Source: Candidatus Binatia bacterium (GTDB taxonomy: Bacteria > Desulfobacterota > Binatia > HRBIN30 > CADEER01). From it: DNA of 32,926 nt. The notes below the pieces were generated by a model, which was not told the DNA's origin, made no database searches, and saw nothing but the letters and a program-made list of their open reading frames with translations. The DNA lies in contig JANQHZ010001023.1 in NCBI GenBank assembly GCA_028282445.1, forward strand, positions 1 to 32,926. Direction: 5' to 3'. Numbering within the stretch: the first letter of the stretch is position 1; each line of letters begins with the position of its first letter. Made by a program: the position numbers and the translations under genes. This document shows, piece by piece, positions 17,601 through 29,600 of this stretch.

Positions 17601-20600
17601 GAAGGGGAGCTCAGCGCCGCGGTGGCGATTGATGGACAACGCTTGAACCTCGATATCGTTCTTGCCGGGCGCGGGTCGGTCGAGGGAACGGTGCGCGACC
17701 AGAACGGCCAGCCGATCGCCGGCGCTTTCGTCCAAGTCAGTAGCTCGGTCGGGCGCGACAAGAAGTCGGTACTGACCGACCAGAACGGCCTCTACGTGGT
17801 TAATGACATCCCCGTCGGCGGCTTCGGCGTCGAAGCAGTGACCACGCAAGGTAGAGCGCGCGCCTCGGGTGCGATCATCCGAAACGGCGAGACTGCGGTC
17901 GTCGACGTGACGATCTTTCCGGCGGCACCATCCAATGCAACCCTAGCTGGGCAAGTGCGCTTCCCGGACGGATCGATTGCCCCCGGCGTCGACGTCTTCC
18001 TCGGCTTCTCCAACGGAAGCTTCATCGACCGTACGACGAGCGATGAGGGCGGCACCTTTGCTTTCGATGGCCTCGCGGCGAGCAGCTACTTGGTGCGTGC
18101 CCTCGACGTTGCCCAAGGGCTCACTGGGGAGACGACCGTTTCGGTCCCGCAGAGCGCCGACGTGTTCGCCTCGGTAACTTTGGCGGGAACCGGGAGCGTC
18201 ACGGGCCGGGTCTTCGGTCCCGATGGCGTCACCCCGGTGCCCGGTGCGCTGGTCGCCGGTGGTACCGAGATCGTCACGGCCGACGAGAACGGCGACTATT
18301 TCATCCCCATCGTTCCGGTCGGAATTCGCACGATCGAAGCGGCCGACCCCGAGACCGGTAACAAGGGGGCGACGCAGGTGTCGATTCTGGTCAACGGCCA
18401 GGCTTCGGCCGGCATCGACATCGTCTTGGAGCCGCGCGGTCGAGTGACCGGACGCGTGCTCGATCCGTCGGGTGCGGTTGTTCCCGGGCAGGAGGTTCGG
18501 CTGCTCGTCGGTACGAGCTTTGACTTTGGCGAGATCATTTACCTGGTGCGGCGAACGAATACCGCCGCCGACGGCACGTACGCGTTCGACCAGCTCGACC
18601 TCAAGTCGTTCCCTCTGATGGCTGTGCGCGGAAGAGAAGTGGCGAATGGCCGCGTGCATCTATCGTCAACGCGACGTGAGCAAATCCTCGACCTGCAGCT
18701 CGTGGCACCGAACGGCTCCGTGGAAGGCACGGTCGTGCAGGGCGGCGACCAGCCGTTCCCGATTGCCGCCGAGGTGTCGCTCAGCGCTCGCGTTCCCAAC
18801 GCTGCTGGGCTGCTCGAATTCCGCAGTGCTGGAACGATCGTCAACGACCCCGACCGGGGTTTTCGCTTCGAGGATCTATTTCCCGGCCGCTTCTCGGTTA
18901 CGGCGAGGTCGTTTTTCTCGTCAGGTGGCGAAACGGCGACTCTCTCGGGAACCCTGCCCGACTTCGATCCCAACATCGATGGGATCGTACTGACCCTGAT
19001 TCCGAACGAGGCGTCGCTGCGCGGGCGTGTGCTCGATCCGGAAGGCGAGCAGATTCTTCCGATACTCGACGGCGACGGCATCCCACTTCCTCTGCCGGTA
19101 TGCATCTCATCGAACCGGCTGCGCAGCCAGCTCGACGACAATACGCCCGCGCCATGTTTCGGCTCGACGCTGGACTGTGGCGGCATCTGCGTCGACGCCA
19201 GCGACGGAACCTTCGAGTCGACGATCGCTCTCCCCGCCGATCTCTACACCATCGTCTTGCGCGACGAGCGCAGCGGCTCGCCGACCGAGGGACTCAGCGG
19301 ACGTTCGACGATCTCGCTGTCCAAGGCGCAGGATGGGGAGCGCGACGTGCGCTTGCTAGGTGAAGGGAACCTGCTGGTCGACGTCGTCGATGGCATGGGG
19401 GACCCGATGCCGGGCGTCCATGTGACCGTGCGCCGCACGAGCTTCCCGAGCGACACCCGGCAAGCGCTGCTGCTCGACGGCACAATGTTGTTCGAGAATC
19501 TCACCGAAGGATCGATCTCGGTGAGTGCGGTGGTGTCGACGGATCCTCTGATCGATGTCGGTGGGCGCGAGGACCTGCGCGGCTTCGGCGGAAACGCGAG
19601 CACGACGGTCGTTCGCGGTAGCACCCAGATGGTCGAGGTGCGGATCGCCGATGCGGGGCGCGTAACCGGACGCTTTCTCCTGCCGGACGGCGTAACGCCG
19701 ATTCCCAATGCCCAGGTTGAGCTACGCCCGTCTGGGCTTGGCAGCTTCTTCGACGTTACGGATGCCGACGGTGCGTTCTCGTTCAACGGCGTTCCGCGCC
19801 GAAGCTACTCGCTGGAGGGCGTCGATCCCGTGACCAACCGATACGGCCGCGCCGGCGGGCGTATCGACTTCGACGGTCAAGAAGTCGTGACCAACATTGA
19901 GCTCGGGCCGCTGGGATCCGTGGTCGGGGTCGTTCTCGATGCCGATCAAACCACACCGGTGGCGGGTGCCGAAGTTCAATTGCTTCTCGGGTCGTCGGTG
20001 TCGCAGACAGTGACGGCCGACGCCGGTGGAGAGTTTGCCTTCCAGAGTGTTCCGGGAGGCGCCTTCAGCGTGCGTGCCTTTTCGCCGGGGGGGCTCTCCG
20101 GTCAGGCGAGCGGCCGCATCGACGAAGAGTCGCAGGAGGTCGCGGTCGAGGTCGTGATCGAGGGCAGCGGCCGCGTCGAGGGGACCGTGTTCGATGCCTT
20201 TGGACAGCCCGTGCCCGATGCCGAAGTCACCCTGCGCGACGCTCGCGGGTCATCGCGCTTTGCTCAGACTTCGAGCGATACTTCAACCTTGGGGCAGTAT
20301 TCGTTCGATATCATACCGCTCGGTGGAGTCTCGGTTACGGCACGTCCGCTCGGGGCATTGACGCCGGGTGACGGCGGCAGCGCCGGCGGCGTCGTCGAGC
20401 CCGACGACGAGACGATCACGGTCGACGTCACATTCCAGGGCACGATGACGGTCGGCATCGAGGTCGAGGGCACGGTCGGAGCCGCGCCCGTATCGGCGCG
20501 CGTCGACAGCAGTGGCCTGTTTGGCGGTCGCGTGCCGCTGTCGACCGTCGACAATGGCGTCTTCCTATTCGAGGGCGTACCGCTGGCGCCATTCACCGCG

Positions 20601-23600
20601 GCGGCGAGTCAGACCACTCCGATTGGAACGACCATCTCGGCGAGCACCTCGATCTCGCAGGTCGATCTGCCTGGTCCAGGTGAGCGTGTCGACGTCGTGC
20701 TTCAGCTCAGCCAAGTGGCGACGGTCGTTGGGGAAGTGGTGCATCCGGAAGGCGAATCCGTCTCGGGAACGCTCGTACTGCTGCAGGCTGGTGGTGTCGC
20801 GTCGCAGCAGCTGGTCGGGGATGATGGGGTGTTCGAGTTCTCCGGTGTTCCGCTGAACGCCAATCTTACCGTCGAGGCGGACGGCTCGGCCGGTGCGCGA
20901 GCCTTGTTCCGAGGGCGTATCGACGGCGGCGGCAACGTTCTCGACGAGGAAGATATTCCGATCGATCCACTGCGTCTGATCCTCGACCTAGAACCGCCGA
21001 TGGTGACAGCCGTGCTGCCCAACAACGGCGGCATCGATGTCCCGACGACGTCCGTAATTGATCTGACTTTCTCCGAGGAGGTGGACGTCGACACCCTAAC
21101 GACCTGCACGGGGCAGCCGCAGTCGATGGTGCCGGCGTTTTACCTCGTCGAAGCGGTCGAGGGTAGCGTCGACATCGGTAACCCGAGTGATCCGTGCGAC
21201 GATGGCAACGTGATCCCGCTCGACGCCGTTCTCTCCCTGGACGGGCGAACAGTGACGTTGACGCCGCTGGTCGAGCTTTCGAGCCTGACTTCGCACACGC
21301 TCGTCGTCGATGCCGGAACACTGACGCAGGGTGCCCTGGTCGGTGGTGTGCGCGACTTGGTCGGCAAAGCGCTCGAGGCGCCCTTCATCACGAGCTTCAC
21401 CACTGTAGACAACGTCGCGCCGGCTCTGCTCACATTAAGCCCGCCGGACGGCGCGGTCGAGGTTGATGAAGAGAACCTGGTGCGTGCCACGTTCAGCGAG
21501 GCCCTTAGCGCGGCGACGATCAGTGAAGCGACGGTCCGGATCGACGGACCGGGCGGGCCCGTTAGCGGGCTGCGCAGCCTCGTCCCAGGCGGCACCGTCG
21601 TCGTCTTCACTCCGACCGACGGCAGTGGCGGCCGCGCCTTCTTCGACAGTGACTCGACGTATACGATCACGATCGACGGTGTCGAAGACCTTGCCGGTAA
21701 TCCCTTGCAGACACCGGTGCAGGCGAGCTTCGTAACGCGGGATACGATCGCTCCTGAGGTTTCGATGTTGGTCGCCGTGCCGGCAGCAGCGCGCGAGGGC
21801 GATTCGATCGTCCTGGTCGCGACGGTTCCCGACACGGATATCGATACCGTCGAATTCTTCGTCGACGGGGTGCTCGAATCCGTGCAGTCGCAGCGCATGC
21901 CCTCCGGTGCGTTCGAGGCGACGATCACGATGCCCGACGCTCCTATCGCGGTGCGTGCCCGAGCCATCGACCAGGTCGGCAACATCGGACAGACGACGGG
22001 CGAAGTGGTCGTCCCGCTCCTGCCCGACAATCCACCCAGCGTCAGCATCACCGCACCGACCGCGGGGACGACGTTCCTACCGGGTGAAGGCGTGCGCTTC
22101 TCCGTTGACGCCGCAGACGATGTCGGTGTCGCCTCGGTGCGCGGTGTCACCAGCGGCGAGGCGGCGAACGAGCAGACGCGAAACGTCGCGCCGCCACTCC
22201 CCTTGGTGAGCCTTGATTTCGACGTCACGATTCCGACCAGTGCCGCCACCGGCACGATTTCGTTCGCCGCGGTCGCCACCGACACACGCGGCCAAATGAG
22301 TGCTCTTGCCTCGATCGAAGTCGAGGTAAACGACCCGACGCCGCCGGTCGTCAACTTGCTACCTCCGGCAAACGGCGTTGCTCTCCTCGGCGAGACTCTG
22401 AACGTCACCGTGCAGGCGAGCGATGCCGCTGGGATCGTCGAGGTTGTGCTCGAGGCTCCTCAGATCGCTTTCGCGCAAACAGTTGAGGTCGCGCCGGCCG
22501 AAACCGACACTTCGCAGGCGTTTACTTTGCCTGTGCCGGCGCCGCTCGCCGCTCTGGCGCTGGATCTGACCGCCACTGCCACGGATCGATCCGGAAACCA
22601 GACCTCGGTTGCGCTTGCGCTACCGGTGGTCGGGCCGTTCGAGATTGACGCAGTCGCTACGACAGGCGTCGCGAACGACTCTCTGATTGCTTCGGCGAAC
22701 GTGCAACAGACAATCACTCTGCTCGGACAGGGCCTCGGCGAGGTAGCTGCGGCGCTGTTCGACGCGACCGACGCCGCGGGCGACCCGGTCGTGCAATCGG
22801 CAGGCCTGTTCGATGTGCTTTCCGACGGCTCCCAGGCGTCGGTGATCGTGCCTGCGACTGCCGTCACAGGAGCGGTTCGTCTCGAGCTGTCTGATGGCTC
22901 GACGGTGCCGGGAAGCGTCTCGTTGCAGATCGTCCCAACCGCGAGCGCGATCTCGATTCCGGCGGAGGAAGCTTTCGTCGCCGGTGTCGAGGTCTCGATT
23001 GATGGAACCGGATTCCGCGCCGGTGCGACCGAGGTGGCGTTCCCACCGGCCAATCTCGACGTCGTCTCCGCTTTGGTCAGCAATGCCAACACGCGGCTGG
23101 CGGTGACGTTGCCGGTTGGCGTGGCGGCAGGTGAGGCGTTCGTCCTAACTGATGGCGGCATCAGCAATCCGCTGCCGATTCTCATCTTCGGTCTCATTGG
23201 TGTCGCGCAGGAGGGCACCGCGACCGATCCCCTGACTGCTTCGGCCAACATCGGTCAAACGATCACCGTGACCGGAAGCGATCTCAGCGAAGATCTCGCC
23301 GCGGTCTTTGGGGCGACGAACGACGTAGGCAGCGGGCTCAGCATCGACGTATCCTTGAGCAACGTCAGCGCCAACGCCATGCAAGCCGAGGTCATCGTTC
23401 CCGCCGGCGCGATCAGCGGTTCCGTGCGCCTACGCGCGGCGGACGGAATTCTGTCGCCGGCAGATGCGATGCTGCAGATCGTACCAACGCTGAGCAGCTT
23501 TACTGTCCCGCCGGGGCAGGTGTTGCAGCCCGGGGTCACTGCGACGCTGAATGGAACAGGCTTCCGTATCGGACAATCGGACGTCGAGTTACCCGGTCTG

Positions 23601-26600
23601 GCGCTTGTATCGCCTGATACGGACTCGCTGACCTCAATAACGGTTACCGTGCCCGGTGGTCTTGGCAGTGGTGAGGTTGCGGTCGTCACCGACGGAGGCC
23701 GCAGTCGTGGCATCCCCCTGCCGGGTACGTTTGGGCTGAGCGCGACCGCCGACCTCGGTGTTCCCGCCAACGCGACGGAGGCATCGGCCAATGTCGGCCA
23801 AACGATCACCGTCACAGGTGACGAGCTGTCAACGGACCTGCGACTGGTGGTGCCGAGCGTCAGCGACGGCGGGGCGAACGGAACCCTGGAGCTGCCTCTG
23901 TTGAACGTCGCGCCGGATCGCACATCGGCGTCGGCCGTTCTCGGCGCGGGCGCGAGCTCCGGAACCGTCTATCTGCGCCACACCGACGGCGCCGCCGCGA
24001 CCTCGACGGTGATGCTGCAAGTCGTTCCGACCCTGGATACGCTCGAGGTACCGGACGGTCAGGCCTTTGGACCGGGTACTGTGGCGACGCTGCGCGGCAG
24101 CGGTTTCGTCGAGGGACAGTCCGATGTCGCCTTCCCCGGCGCCGCCGCGGTTACACCGGCTTCCGACGTCTTCGACAGCGGCGCGTCCTTGACGGTGACG
24201 ATTCCGGTCGGGGTCGAGGACGGCGTCGTCTCGGTCACGACTTCGGGCGGTACCAGCCCTGGCGTCAACATCGTGCTGGACGCCGATGGCGACGGGTTGA
24301 GCGATCTCGACGAAGTCAACATCCACGGCACAAACCCATTCGTCGCGGATACCGACGGCGACGGCCTCTCCGACGGCGATGAGGTCAACGTCCACGGCAC
24401 CAATCCGCTGGAGCCCGACAGCGACGACGACGGACTCGACGATGGCGCCGAGGTTGGCCTCGGAACGGATCCGACGGTTCCCGATTCGGACTCGGATGGC
24501 CTCGACGATGGTGAGGAGATCTTGATTGGTACCGAGCCCCTCGATGAGGACAGCGACGACGACGGGATTGAAGACGGTGCGGAGGTCGACGCCGGTCTCG
24601 ATCCGCTGGATGGTAGCGACGCGGCGGCTGATCCGGACGGTGACGGGCTGAGTAGCGCCGAGGAGATCGGGTTGGGAACCAACCCGTTCCGCAGCGACAC
24701 GGATTCCGACGGCCTCAGCGACGGCGATGAGGTCAACACACGCGGAACCGATCCGCTGAATCCGGATACCGATTCCGGCGGTCGCACGGACGGCGACGAG
24801 GTCCTTGTGGATGGCACCGATCCGCTTGACGGCTCGGACGACCGGGTGGAGTTGCCGATTGTTCTCCAGGATAGCGATACTTTCCGCTGGGACATCAGAG
24901 GCGACGGCACAATCAGGGACGGCAGCAACAATGCCTTCGACGGAGCCTTTGATCTGGTTGTTGACGGCGGATTCTTCTCGTTCTTCCCCTCGGGCACGGC
25001 GGAAGAGCTCGGTCGGGAAATCGTGATTGGCCCATGGACTCGTTCCGGGCTGATCATCCGGCGCAAGGTCTTCGTTCCCGAAGACGACAGCTTCGCACGC
25101 TTCCTCGAGGTGTTCGAGAACTTCAACGGCTTCGACGTACCGGTCTCGATCGAGTTACGGAGCGATCTCGGTGCCGGTAACCGTAGTGAGATCATCACCA
25201 CCTCGGACGGCGACCAGGTTTTCGAGCGCAGAGACGACTTCATCGTGCTCGACGACGGCACGGACGGCGGGGGTAACCCTGCGGTGACGCACGTGTTTTC
25301 GGGTCCGGGGGCCGAGGTGGAGCCGAGCAGTGTTTCGACCAACATCCCGGGTGGGGACGACTTCTCCGTTCGCTTTGACTTCACGGTGCCGGCGCAGGGG
25401 CGTGCGATCGTGATGCATTTCGGCATGCAGTCTCACGACCGTGGCGCTGCCGCGACGCGTGCCGAGGGTCTCACGTTCGTCGAGGGCTCGGCGCTCTTCG
25501 GTCTCGCACCCGACGAGCAGCTCGACGTCGTCAACCTCGTGCCTTTCGCCGACAGCGATCGAGACGGCGCCACCGACAGCGAGGAACTGGCGGCAGGCAC
25601 TTTGCTCGACAATCCGGACAGCGACGGCGACGGCTTGCTCGACGGATTTGAGCTCGACAATGGCCTCAACCCGCTGGAGGCTGACTCCGATGGCAATGGT
25701 ACGAACGATGATCTGGAAGACCCGGACGGGGACGGCCTGACGAATGCGGAAGAGCAGACTCTGGGTACAGATCCGTCGGCGAGTGATAGTGACGGCGACG
25801 GCTTGGACGACGGCGCGGAGGTGAACGGCTCACCGGCGTCCGATCCGCTGAACCCGGACACCGACGGCGATACCCTGAGCGACGGCGAAGAGGTGAACGT
25901 CCACGGTACCGACCCGACCAAAGCCGACAGCGACGACGGAGGTCGCACGGACGCACAAGAAATCAATGAGGATGGCACGGATCCACTCGACGGCGCCGAT
26001 GACCGCGTCGTATTCCCAGCGACATTGTTCGATGGCGCGGGATTCCTCTGGGACATCAACAGCGACGGATTGACCATTAACGGTACGATCGACGCTTTCG
26101 ACGGCGGTCTGCAGTTGTACATCAACGGCCAGCGCTTCAGGGGGCCATCGTTCGGCAGCGCCGAGGATCTCGGGCGTGAGCTGGTCATCGGGACGGATCG
26201 TCTTTCGAGACTGGACGTTACGCGGAAAGTCTTCGTGCCCGAGGACGGTGTGTTCGCTCGCTATCTGGAGATCCTCGAGAATCCAGATGACTCGCCGCCC
26301 TGCGACGCCCTCGAGGTGCAGGCATTGAGTGACTGCGTCGCCGAATTCTGCCCAGACCTTGATCCAGCCTGCGTCGGCAGCGCCTGTGTCGCAGAGCTTG
26401 CTCCTCTGTCGACGTCCTGCCTGAATTGCCTCGGCGCGACGTCGCCGATTGACGTCTGCACGGATGCGCCCAGTCTCGCGACCGTGGAGATCCGTACGCA
26501 TCTCGGTTCCGGGCGCGCTACGCAGCTCGTCCTCACTTCAGATGGAGACCAGGCCTTCGAACGCAGCGATGATTTCATCATCACCGACGACGCCGACGGC

Positions 26601-29600
26601 GCCGGCGATCCCACAGTGGTGCACGCCTTCTCTGGACCGTTTGCCGAGATCGAGCCGATCTCGGTGTACACGAATGCCCCGGGTCGCGAGGAAGTTAGGT
26701 TCGCCTTCAATGTAGAGGTTCCGGACGGCGGTCGCGCGATCATCATGCACTTCGCTTCTCAGAATGACGACCGGGCGAACGCGGAGGCGGGGGCGCATAC
26801 CCTGGTAGGGCTCGAGGGCTCGACTTTGTCCGGCCTCAGCGCCGCCGAGATGAACGAGGTCGTAAACTTCTTCGGCTTCCCTGATAGCGACGACGACGGA
26901 CTTGCCGACGCGGAAGAAGACTTGCTCGGCACGGACTCCAACAATCCCGACAGCGACGGAGACGGTCTGCTCGACGGAGTCGAGGTCGCCAATGGCCTCG
27001 ACCCGCTCGTCCGCGACAGCGACGGCAACGGCACGGACGATGGTGCCGAGGACGGCGATGCCGACGGCTTGGATAACCTCACCGAGCAGACGATAGGAAC
27101 CGACCCCGGGGTAGCGGACAGTGATGGTGATGGGCTGTTGGACGGCGCGGAGGTCGCGGGCGATGCCGGGAATGGCGTGCCAACGACGGATCCGCTGAAC
27201 GCGGACAGCGATTCGGACGGTCTCTCTGACGGCGACGAAGTGCTCGTTTGGGGAACCGATCCGACTCTGGCCGACACCGACGGCGGCGGTCGCAGCGACA
27301 GTCAGGAAGTCAATGAGGACCAAACTGACCCGTTGGATCCGACCGACGACGCGATCGTGCTGCCGACGGACCTCTTCGACAGTGAGGGCTTCCGATGGGA
27401 CATTCAGGGAGACGGGCGCATCGGTGACGGGTCCAGTGGCGCGTACGAGGGCGGGAAGGGACTGACGGTCAACGGCACGGCCTTTCCGTCATTGGCGGTG
27501 GCACGCGTCGAGGACGACGGGCGGGAAGTGGTCGTCGGTCCGTGGACGGAGTTTGGCCTGGACATTCGCCGCAAGATCTTCGTCCCCGAAAACGAAGCTT
27601 TCGCTCGCTACCTCGAGATCTTCGAGAATCCGGCTTCTTGTGCGGCAGTCGAAGTCGAGGCAGTGAACGACTGCGCGAACGCCCTCTGCGACGCGACCGC
27701 CGCTTTCGAGGTCTTTCAGGCCTGTGTCGCTGCGAGTTGTGCCGCCGAGCGCTCGGCAATGCCGTTGGCATGTGTGAGCTGCCTCGACGCGGCGGTCTCG
27801 ATCGCCGATGCGACGGCGTGCATTGGCGACAGTGTGCTGGTCGCTGCGAGCCTAGGGTCGAACCTGGGGTCGGATTACTTCGACGCCGTCCAGATCATTG
27901 CGACGTCGAGCGGCGATCAGATCCTCGATCGCGACGATGGCTACGTGATTACCGATGATTCAACGGACGGCGGCGGCGTGCCCGCCGTCACGGACGTGTT
28001 TGCCGGCCGCCGTTACTCCATACCGCCAACCAACGCCTTTTTCGGTCAAGTCGACGATTTTCCCCCACGACAGCGTGTTCTGGTCGACTACGACTTCACC
28101 GTGCCGGTTCGCGGTCGCGTGCTCTTGATGCACTTCGCGGCCCAGCGAAATCTCGGACTCGAGGCAGGGACCAGTGCGGCATCCCTGACCTATCTGGATG
28201 GAGAGGCTTTGAATGGTCTCAGCCAGTCGGAACAGGAGCAGATCGTCAACTTCGTAGCGTTCGCGGATCGCGATCGAGACGGTCTGACGGACGACGAAGA
28301 AAGCGTCTTGGGAACCAACCCCGAGTTGGCGGATAGTGACGGAGACAGTTTGAAGGACGGGTTCGAGGTCGAGTTCGGCTTCGATCCGCTCGTCTCAGAC
28401 GAGGACGGCAACACGATAGATGATGGTCTCGATGACACCGACCTCGATGGCGTGGACAACGCAACCGAAGAGGCGGCGGGGAGCGACCCGACCGTCGCCG
28501 ATACCGATGGCGACGGTTTGACCGACGGCGAGGAGGTCAACAATCTCGGCACGGACCCAAGCGATGCTGATAGCGACGACGATGGGCTGACCGACGGCGA
28601 AGAGGTCAATGTTCACGCTACCGATCCTCTGGCTCCCGATACCGATGGTGGCGGCCAGCTTGACGGCGACGAAGTCCTGCGTGATCGAACGGACCCGATC
28701 GAGCCTAGCGACGACGAGGTCCTCACACTCTTCTCGCTGGATCGTGGGAGTGCGCTACTCAGGAGACTCGACCCAAGCACCGGCGCGATCTTATCGTCGC
28801 TTGCCATCACGATGCAGGGCGCCTCGGTACGAGGTGGGAGTGGGCTAGCGACACATCCGGTGACTGGGCAATTATTCGCCTTGCTCGAAGTGAACGACCG
28901 TCTCAGCCGCGATCTCGCTACGATCGATCCGCATACCGGCGAAGCGACCTCGATTGGCAATACAGGAGCTCCGTTTGCGGCACTCGCGTTCGGCCAAGAC
29001 GGCACGCTCTATGGCCTGACAGGTGAGAGGGGGGCCACTCCCGAGACGCTTTTCGAGCTTGATCAAGCGACGGGTGCTGCAACCCAGTTGACGACACTTG
29101 GATCGGGGTCAGGAGGAGAAGCCCTAGCGTTGAATCCGCTCGATGGCTTGCTCTATCGCGCCTCAGGCCGCGGCCGCAGGAACATCGACCGAATCTTCGA
29201 GACCGTTGACCCGAGCGACTTCTCGGTCGAAATGGTCATGCTTTTTGGTGACGATTCCGATCAGTTGAGGGCGCTCACATATGCCGGTGCCAATCGTTTC
29301 GTGGCATTCGATCGAGGCCGCGATTTCTACACGCTGAGCGCTGATGGACGGCTTCGCAAGATGGGGCGCCCAGGTGTGGAATCGAAGGGCCTCGCGTTCG
29401 TCCGCAGCGCTTTCATAGACCTCGACGCCGACGGACTAACCGGAAGCGAGGAGGCCGCTGCGGGCACGGATCCCCAGGACCCGGACACGGACGACGACGG
29501 CCTGTTGGACGGGTTCGAGGTCGACAACGGCCTCGATCCGCTTATCCCGGGAGACGAAAATGGCGATCTCGACAGCGACGGCCTGACCAACTTCGAAGAG

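Noticed and set aside
21140-26188. Long antisense ORFs (e.g. 21140-22408, 24059-25426, 25433-26188)
   Set aside because: These are Ser/Pro-rich mirror translations of GAC/GGC-rich sense codons in high-GC DNA, with no independent protein features. The same applies to the other nested ORFs in the track.
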